64,000 nt of DNA from Candidatus Eiseniibacteriota bacterium. Its GTDB lineage: Bacteria > Eisenbacteria > RBG-16-71-46 > SZUA-252. The stretch is from assembly GCA_963703225.1 (NCBI GenBank), contig OY969801.1:192001-256000 (forward strand), in the 5' to 3' direction. Shown here piece after piece: positions 20,726 to 29,173 of the stretch. Positions within the stretch are counted from its first letter, which is position 1; every line of letters begins with the position of its first letter. The translations under genes and the position numbers were made by a program. The notes beneath the pieces are model-generated. The model made no database searches. It was not told the origin of the DNA and worked only from the letters and a program-made list of their open reading frames with translations.

Positions 20726-21846
20726 CCACGTTTCGCGCCACCACGACAAGCTACAAACCCGGCGCCCGGACGATGCCGCGGGAGTACTACACCTCGCCGG
20801 ACATTCTGGCCGAGGAGCGGGAGCGCCTCTTCGCGCGCTCGTGGCACTGCGTGGGCCGCGCGGCACGGCTGGCGCAGCCGGGCGACTACTTCCTCCGCGA
20901 TATCGCCGGCGAGTCGATCATCGTGCTGCGCGACCGAGAGGGGATGCTCCGCGCGCACTTCAACGTTTGCCGCCACCGCGGCACCCGCATCTGCCGGGAG
21001 GAATCCGGGCGTTTCGGCGAAACCATCCAGTGCCCCTACCACGCATGGACCTACAAGACAAACGGCAAGCTCGTCGGCGCGCCGCACATGCAGGACGTGG
21101 AAGGCTTCCAGACGGCGGACTATCCGCTTCACGCCGCGGCGATCGCGGAGTGGGAGGGATTCCTGTTCGTCAACGTGGCGGAGAAGCCCGAGCCGTTCGA
21201 CGCCGCGTGGACGCCGATGAAAGGCCGCCTCGCGCGCTACGGACTATCCAACCTGGCGGTCGGGCACCGCGTGATCTACGACGTGAAAGCCAACTGGAAG
21301 CTCGTGTTCCAGAACTATTCCGAGTGCCTCCACTGCCCGACGATCCATCCGAAGCTGGCGTCGGTGCTTCCGTACCAAAGCGGCGCCAACGACCTCACGG
21401 AAGGGCCGTTCCTCGGCGGCTACATGGAGATCAAGGCGCCCAACGAAAGCGCCACGATGAGCGGTCGCGCGTGCGGGCACCTCGTGAGTGGGGAGCTGCC
21501 GGCGGACGACCGGCACCGCGCCTTCTACTACTCGCATCATGCCGAACCTGCTGCTCAGCCTTCACCCCGACTACGTGAACTTCTACCTCGTTCGACCAAC
21601 CGCTGTCGATCGCACGGAAGTCGAATCGGAGTGGCTCTTCCACCCCGACACGCTCGCCGACCCGAAGAGCAACATCAAGGACGCGATCGAATTCTGGGAC
21701 GTCACCAACCGCCAGGACTGGGACATCGTGGAGCGGAGCCAGCTCGGGATCTCCTCCCGCCGCTACGCCCCGGGCCCTATTCTGCTCGCGAGAGCATTCC
21801 CGCCGCCTGGGATCGGGAGTACCTCAAGCAGATGGGGCGGGGCTAG
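20722..21846 (+). CDS. Rieske non-heme iron oxygenase alpha subunit (betaine/choline oxygenase-like)
   Basis: CRHRG...CPYHAW Rieske site; NYSECLHCPTIH and QDWDIVE iron-site motifs; compensating indels near 21533 and 21776. Confidence 0.9.
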   Translation: MTTFRATTTSYKPGARTMPREYYTSPDILAEERERLFARSWHCVGRAARLAQPGDYFLRDIAGESIIVLRDREGMLRAHFNVCRHRGTRICREESGRFGETIQCPYHAWTYKTNGKLVGAPHMQDVEGFQTADYPLHAAAIAEWEGFLFVNVAEKPEPFDAAWTPMKGRLARYGLSNLAVGHRVIYDVKANWKLVFQNYSECLHCPTIHPKLASVLPYQSGANDLTEGPFLGGYMEIKAPNESATMSGRACGHLVSGELPADDRHRAFYYSHHAEPAAQPSPRLRELLPRSTNRCRSHGSRIGVALPPRHARRPEEQHQGRDRILGRHQPPGLGHRGAEPARDLLPPLRPGPYSARESIPAAWDREYLKQMGRG

Positions 21847-22091
21847 CCTGCCACCGGGTCGTCACTTAGGACTCAACTTCCCAGCCCGCAGGGTGTAGGC
21901 TTGTCTCGGCTTCGCGCGCGCCTGGAGGGCGCGGGCGATCCGGGGTCAGGCGCAGCCGGGCGTCGAGCCTCCCACCAAGGAAGGTGTACCGACGAGCGCA
22001 CTCACGGCCGTCCGTGGGCCGGGCCTCGTCCTCCAACTAGCTAGGGATTGGAGTCGGTTGCCCACCTGACGGTAGGGGAAGGGGGTCTTCC

Positions 22092-23078
22092 ATGAATCTC
22101 TCGCGCCTTTCATTCGTTACCGGCCTGATTCTTCTGGCGGTCGCGCTCGGGGTGGGGACGGCTGGCGCCAACTTGGCCCCCACGGCGAGCGTAGGCGGAC
22201 CGTACTCGAGCAGCCCCGGGAAGCAGATCTACCTCGATGCGTCCGCCTCGACGGATCCGGACGGCGACGCTCTCAGCTATCGCTGGGACTTCGGCGACGG
22301 AGTCACAGGCACAGGGGCGGAGGTCGTGCACACGTTCGCGGCGCCGGGGGTCTATCAGGTGAAGCTCCGCGTGACCGATCCCGGGGCCCTGTTCAGCGAC
22401 GCCATCACGACCGCCACGATCCGGGATCACGTCGACGCGACCGCGTTCTTTGCCTTTGGAATCAACCTCATTCTCCCGCAGGCACTGCCCGCGTGGATCT
22501 ACCTGCAGCCGACTGCTGGATCGTTCAACGCCCGCGATGCGCTGGTGAGCGCGCTCGAGCTCAGCTACAACGGTCAAACGATCCCGGCGCGCGGCAAGAA
22601 CCGGATTGGGAGTGACGTGAACCGGGACGGCGTGGAGGAGATCCAGGCGTCCTTCCGGCCCGGCGAACTCAGGACCTTGTTCCAGACCATTCCGAACGGC
22701 ATCACAAACGTCAACGTGTCGCTCCAGGTCCAGCTGGCCAGCGGCGAGAAAGCCATGGGCACCGCCGGCGCCAGCATCGTGAAGTTTAGCTGGCTCAATG
22801 GGCGCTCGTTGTCGCACGTCGCGCCGAACCCGCTCAACCCCGAGGCCACGCTCTCGTTCGTGACGATGAGTTCCGGGGCCACCTCGATTCAGCTGTTCGA
22901 CATCCGCGGGCGCATGGTTCGGACCCTCCTGCCGTCCCAGTACATGGAGGCCGGTCTACACGAGGTAATGATCGACGGGCGTAACGATCAGGGAAACAAG
23001 CTCGCGTCCGGCGTCTATTACTACCGCGTTCAGTCGGCCGACGGAGTCATGAAGGGCAATGTCGCGATCTTGAAGTAG
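22092..23078 (+). CDS. Secreted PKD-domain protein with FlgD-Ig/T9SS-like C-terminal domain
   Basis: Signal peptide; DASASTDPDGDALSYRWDFGDG; DVNRDG loop; APNPLNP...FDIRGRMVRTL...SGVYYYRV. Confidence 0.85.
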   Translation: MNLSRLSFVTGLILLAVALGVGTAGANLAPTASVGGPYSSSPGKQIYLDASASTDPDGDALSYRWDFGDGVTGTGAEVVHTFAAPGVYQVKLRVTDPGALFSDAITTATIRDHVDATAFFAFGINLILPQALPAWIYLQPTAGSFNARDALVSALELSYNGQTIPARGKNRIGSDVNRDGVEEIQASFRPGELRTLFQTIPNGITNVNVSLQVQLASGEKAMGTAGASIVKFSWLNGRSLSHVAPNPLNPEATLSFVTMSSGATSIQLFDIRGRMVRTLLPSQYMEAGLHEVMIDGRNDQGNKLASGVYYYRVQSADGVMKGNVAILK

Positions 23079-23247
23079 CGCCAAGGCTGGACTGGGCCCG
23101 GCGGCCGCCGCCGGGGCTCGAATGCCATTTGGACAAGGGCCAGGCACGGGCGGGTGACCGCTCGCCGGGCCCGCATTTTATCCCTCCGCCCCTATGCCCC
23201 TGCGCCACTTCAATCTAAGCGCTCGCGGCGCCGCCGCGCCGAGAGTC

Positions 23248-23263
23248 CGGCACGGCGATTGCG
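23248..23263 (+). promoter_or_regulatory. Sigma-54 (-24/-12) promoter upstream of groES
   Basis: CGGCACGGCGATTGCG versus consensus TGGCACG-N4-TTGC, exact GG-N10-GC spacing, ~90 nt before the ATG. Confidence 0.7.
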
Positions 23264-23350
23264 GCATCTAACACTGGAAGCAGGGCTTAGGCAGGGTCCT
23301 TTGCCCAAATGTCACGCAGTCGCACACACCAGGAAGGGAGTCGAACAAAC

Positions 23351-23644
23351 ATGAACGTGAAGCCACTGGCTGACCGCATCCTCGTCCGCCGTCTCGAGGA
23401 AGCCGAGACGAAGCGTGGTGGGATCATCATTCCCGACACCGCCAAGGAAAAGCCGCAGCAGGCGGAGGTCGTCGCGGTGGGTCCCGGTCGCTTTGAGGAC
23501 GGAAAGCGCATCCCGCTCGACGTCAAGAAGGGCGACAAGATCCTCATGGGCAAGTACTCCGGCACCGAGGTCAAGATCGACGGCAACGACTATTTGATCA
23601 TGAGCGAGAGCGAAGTTCTCGCCATCGTCGGCGAATCGAAGTAA
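23351..23644 (+). CDS. groES: Co-chaperonin GroES
   Basis: [12 protein letters not shown]...[26 protein letters not shown]. Confidence 0.98.
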   Translation: MNVKPLADRILVRRLEEAETKRGGIIIPDTAKEKPQQAEVVAVGPGRFEDGKRIPLDVKKGDKILMGKYSGTEVKIDGNDYLIMSESEVLAIVGESK

Positions 23645-23671
23645 CGGACGAGTCTTCAATCAAAGGAGTGA

Positions 23672-25315
<1,644 letters not shown>

Positions 25316-25373
25316 ACGTCAGTACGCCGGATGACCGCGGCAGCTTCGCGGGCCCGGCGGTTATTGAAGCGCA

Positions 25374-25412
25374 GAGGGGGCGGGATCGCAAGATCCCGCC
25401 CCTCGTCTTTTG
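25374..25412 (+). terminator. Intrinsic terminator of groESL
   Basis: GAGGGGGCGGGATC-GCAA-GATCCCGCCCCTC followed by GTCTTTTG. Confidence 0.85.
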
Positions 25413-25451
25413 TCCGACATCGGGGCTCATCCGATTGTGGGTGAAGCCTTC

Positions 25452-25652
25452 CTAGTCCTCGGGAGAGGCGGCTGTATCGGTCGCCTTTCGCAACTCCCGG
25501 TAGGCCTCGGCGACATCGGCGAGCGATCGGAGGCGTGCCACTCGCTCCTCGAGCGCGGGTTCTCGCTCGCACAGGCCTTGCCAGTCCACGGGCATGCCGT
25601 CCGCCAAAGCTTCCGCCACGCTCAGCAGGGTCGAATCGGGATCTTCTTTCAT
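25452..25652 (-). CDS. 66-aa protein coupled to the ECF gene
   Basis: ATGA overlap with the ECF stop; helical sequence LLSVAEALADGMPVDWQGL. Confidence 0.7.
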   Translation of the reverse strand: MKEDPDSTLLSVAEALADGMPVDWQGLCEREPALEERVARLRSLADVAEAYRELRKATDTAASPED

Positions 25653-26242
25653 GACAAACCTCGCATGTCATCGGCAAGATGGACGAGCCCGCGCGCCACC
25701 AGCATTCGCGCGGCGTTGCCCGACGGAAGGTCCAGTGCATCGGCGATCTCACGGTACCTCAATCCGAGCTCCAGGCGGAGGACGACGGCCTCGCGCTGGG
25801 AAGGGTTGAGCCGCGCCAGGCCCTGCTCATATAGCTCCAGCTTCTCGCGACCGATGAGAGCCTCCAGCGGGGATGGCCCGTCGGAGGTGAGATTGTCGGG
25901 GAGCTCGTCATGTGCCGGTCGGCGGCGGGAACGGCGAGCCTCGTCACGAATCTGGTTGAGAAGGATCTGGCGCAGATAGGCCAGGAAGGCGCCCTCGCCC
26001 CGGTCCTCGAAGTCCTGAAGGTGGGAGAGCGCCCGATAGAGCGTGGATTGGACAAGATCATCGGTGTCGACCAGGTCTCGAGCGGCGTGCGGTAGCCGCC
26101 CGTGAGCCCAGCGGCGTAGGGCGGCGAGGTATCGACCCGCGAGCTTCTCACGAGCGCGATCGTCGCCCGTCCGGATGCGCGCGAGAAGGGCGGCAGTCGA
26201 CGAGTGATTTGACCGTTGTGGCTCCGTGCCAGGGGGAGTCAT
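25649..26242 (-). CDS. ECF sigma-70 factor, kinase-associated type
   Basis: GDDRAREKL...DTDDLVQST (region 2); REAVVLRLELGLRYREIADAL (region 4). Confidence 0.92.
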   Translation of the reverse strand: MTPPGTEPQRSNHSSTAALLARIRTGDDRAREKLAGRYLAALRRWAHGRLPHAARDLVDTDDLVQSTLYRALSHLQDFEDRGEGAFLAYLRQILLNQIRDEARRSRRRPAHDELPDNLTSDGPSPLEALIGREKLELYEQGLARLNPSQREAVVLRLELGLRYREIADALDLPSGNAARMLVARGLVHLADDMRGLS

Positions 26243-26249
26243 TGGCGTT

Positions 26250-28466
26250 TTACACCTTCACCTCGGTGATCGCACTCGTGGAGCCTGGAACAAGCCGAAC
26301 CAGCTCGGCGGTCATTTCCTGCGACGTCTGGAATCGATCGCCGGGACTCTTCTCCATCGCACGAACGATGATCTTATGAATCTCGGACGAAAGTCGAGTA
26401 TTGAGGACTCGTGGGTCCGGCGGCGGCTGATTGAGTATCGTGTACATCAACTCATGCGGTAGCTCGTCTTCGAAGGGCCTCCGCCCGGTCGTCATCTCGT
26501 AGAGCAAGATTCCCACTCCGTAGATATCCGTTCGGGCGTCGGCCTCCTCCTGAAGCAGCACCTCCGGAGCCATGTAGGGCAGCGTCCCGACGGCTTGGCC
26601 GGATTCTGTCAGGCTGCGGCTGGTTGTCCTCGAGCTGCTCGCGTCCTGCGTGATGCGGGCGAGTCCAAAGTCGAGGAGCTTGGCCTCGCCGCGAGGCGTC
26701 ACGATCACGTTGTTTGGCTTGATATCACGGTGAATGATCCCGCGCGCGTGGGCCTCGGCGAGGGCCTCCGTGATCTGGACCGCGATCGTGATGGCCTCTC
26801 CCTCCGGGATCGGGCCGCGCCGGAGCCGATCGCTGATCGACATGCCTGGGACAAATTCCATCACGATGAAATCGAGCCCATCCTGAGTATCGAAGTCGTA
26901 GATCCCGGCGACGTGGGGGTGAGTGAACTTGGAGAGTGCGCGAGCCTCGCGCCGAAATCGCCTTCGGTCTCGATCGTCGGCCAGGGCGCCGCCAAGGAGC
27001 ACCTTCACAGCCACCTGTCGGTCGAGCCGCTGATCCTTTCCACGGTAGACGACGCCCATGCCCCCCGCATTGACCCATTCCTCGACGAGGTAATGCGACA
27101 GGGTCCGACCGACCAGAGCTTCCGGGAGAAACTGTTGCTGCACATTGGCGCCTCTGCGAATTTCTTCCTCGCGCTGCTTGGTACGACCCTCCAGGAACAT
27201 GTACCGGTAGCTCTGCGTCGCGGCGTACGCCGCAAGGGGGAGCGCCAGGGCCGCCATGGGGGGCACGTCAAGGCTCCATAGTGCGAGGAACACAAAGTCG
27301 AGCGCGGCGATACCCATCACAGCCGCCGTGGTAATGATCGCTGCGAGAGGAACGGAGGTCACCGCGAAGAGAATCCCCAAGACTAAGGCGAGGCCCGCGA
27401 GGGCGCCGAGGTACGCCGCGTTCGACGGGCGCGCCAAGAACCGACCTCGCAGAAGATTGTCCAACACGTTGGCGTGAACATAGAGGAGCGGCGTGGCTGT
27501 GGAGAACGGCGTCGTGCCAACGTCCTCGGAAACTTCCTGTCGCGATGCAAGCCCTACAAGGACAAGGCGCCCCTCGAACGCGTCGCGGATGCGCTTCACG
27601 TCCTCGGACTGTTTCCACTGGAGCACCTGGAGCATGGAGTAGGTGTTGGGAAACGCGTCTCGGTCGCCGGCGTAGTCGATGGAGGTAGCTCCCTCGCCGT
27701 CCATCGGGATGAACAACTCGCGCGCCCGCGTCGAGCGCACCTTGATACCGCCGCCCACCGAGCGGACCCCCTGGAAGTGAGGCTCACCCCATGAGAGGCC
27801 AAGAAGGCAGAGACTCAGTGCCGGATAGACGCGGTCGCCATAGCGGATCACCATCGGAAGTCGCCGAATCGATCCATCTCGATCCACTGCGACGGCGATG
27901 TGTCCCATGACTCTCGATTCGGAGACAAGATCGTCGTAGGGAAGAGATACGCTTCCAGCCGCGGCCCCGGTTACGCCCTCCGCTATGACGCCGTGACGGG
28001 TGAGGGCGTCCAGCACTTCTGCGGATCGCGGCGTCGCATCCTGGGTCTCCGCTCCCTCCGCGTGAAACCAAATGGATTGGACCACGTTATCCTGGCTTCC
28101 CGAGACATGCGCGAGCAGAAGGTTGTGTTGCGGATCCTGTTGAGCATCCTCGGGAAACTGCAAATCCATCCCGATCGCGGTCGCGCCGCCTTCCTCGAGC
28201 GCGTCGATGAGGAGGGCATACGTTTCGCGGGGCAATGGCCAAGCGCGATAGGCCTGGATTGTCGTGTCGTCGACGGTGACGAGCGCGATCTGATCGGGCG
28301 CCGGGCGCTCCCCACGAAGGCGAAACCGCCAATCGAGGAGCTTCAGGTCGAAGGCGTGGAACGCGCCCCATAGGTACAGCCCAGCGATCACCAGCCAGCA
28401 GAGCAGCGCGATTGCGGCGCCGTGGGTGATCTGGATGCGTCTCGCTCTCGACTCGGTAAGGGCCAA
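26250..28466 (-). CDS. CHASE2-domain membrane Ser/Thr protein kinase
   Basis: CHASE2 motifs IALVTVDD, WPLPR, DRDGSIRRLP, FEGRLVLVG, HANVLDNLL; three TMs; Hanks motifs GGMGVVY, VAVK, HRDIKPNN, DFG, YMAPE. Confidence 0.93.
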   Translation of the reverse strand: MALTESRARRIQITHGAAIALLCWLVIAGLYLWGAFHAFDLKLLDWRFRLRGERPAPDQIALVTVDDTTIQAYRAWPLPRETYALLIDALEEGGATAIGMDLQFPEDAQQDPQHNLLLAHVSGSQDNVVQSIWFHAEGAETQDATPRSAEVLDALTRHGVIAEGVTGAAAGSVSLPYDDLVSESRVMGHIAVAVDRDGSIRRLPMVIRYGDRVYPALSLCLLGLSWGEPHFQGVRSVGGGIKVRSTRARELFIPMDGEGATSIDYAGDRDAFPNTYSMLQVLQWKQSEDVKRIRDAFEGRLVLVGLASRQEVSEDVGTTPFSTATPLLYVHANVLDNLLRGRFLARPSNAAYLGALAGLALVLGILFAVTSVPLAAIITTAAVMGIAALDFVFLALWSLDVPPMAALALPLAAYAATQSYRYMFLEGRTKQREEEIRRGANVQQQFLPEALVGRTLSHYLVEEWVNAGGMGVVYRGKDQRLDRQVAVKVLLGGALADDRDRRRFRREARALSKFTHPHVAGIYDFDTQDGLDFIVMEFVPGMSISDRLRRGPIPEGEAITIAVQITEALAEAHARGIIHRDIKPNNVIVTPRGEAKLLDFGLARITQDASSSRTTSRSLTESGQAVGTLPYMAPEVLLQEEADARTDIYGVGILLYEMTTGRRPFEDELPHELMYTILNQPPPDPRVLNTRLSSEIHKIIVRAMEKSPGDRFQTSQEMTAELVRLVPGSTSAITEVKV

Positions 28467-28474
28467 GTTCGCCT

Positions 28475-29173
28475 CTAACGCTTCCAGTAGACCAGCGTGG
28501 CGGAGGCCTCACTGTCGCCGGCCCGCGGCCCTGCGGACCGCCAGACTGGAGCTCGCTTCTTGGCTCGCGCGGCGCGCGCAGCGGCGGAGGTGTCCGTGGG
28601 CGCAGCGATCTTCGTCGAGTCCGACGGGACGTGACCCGACGCGGCCCGGAGGAGCGCAAGGATCTCGTCCTTGTTGAGGTAGGCCTTCTCCGCGCCCTTT
28701 GCCATTTCCGCATCGGTCCCGTCGTAACGCAACCCGAGAAGCGCGGCGGCGGCGAGCGCTCCGCCCGCCATCTTGACCCCGAGGCTCGCCCGGGCCTCGG
28801 CGGCCTCCACGTCACCAAGCAGGAGGAGCGCCGTCGCCTGGTTCAAGACGATCCCCGCGTCGGTGCTGTCGGAGGCGCGCGCCTGAGCGTAAAAGCTGAG
28901 CGCCACCTCCGTCTCGCCATGCAGCAGATGCAGGTTTCCAAGATTTGCATACGCCCGAGCGTCTCGGGGCGAATGAGAGAGCAGCGATATGAATACCGAT
29001 TCGGCTCGGGCCATCTCTCCGGAGAATGCCAACGCGATCCCCAACTCGCACTCGTTGGAGAGGGAATCGTCATCGGCATAGGAGAGTGAACTTGCCGCAA
29101 CCATCGCGGCGACAGTCAGCGCGAGACACGCTCCGGCGATCGCGCCCCGCGCCCACCCGCTGCGAGATCTCAT
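28475..29173 (-). CDS. Exported TPR protein
   Basis: Signal-like N-terminus; TPRs (AYANLGNLHLLHG, VLNQATALLLLG); ATG 29173 overlaps the upstream stop. Confidence 0.8.
   Translation of the reverse strand: MRSRSGWARGAIAGACLALTVAAMVAASSLSYADDDSLSNECELGIALAFSGEMARAESVFISLLSHSPRDARAYANLGNLHLLHGETEVALSFYAQARASDSTDAGIVLNQATALLLLGDVEAAEARASLGVKMAGGALAAAALLGLRYDGTDAEMAKGAEKAYLNKDEILALLRAASGHVPSDSTKIAAPTDTSAAARAARAKKRAPVWRSAGPRAGDSEASATLVYWKR

Noticed and set aside
19630..21846. 738-aa flavoprotein-Rieske fusion
   Set aside because: The conserved flavoprotein C-terminus lies in another frame ending at 20725, overlapping the Rieske GTG at 20722.
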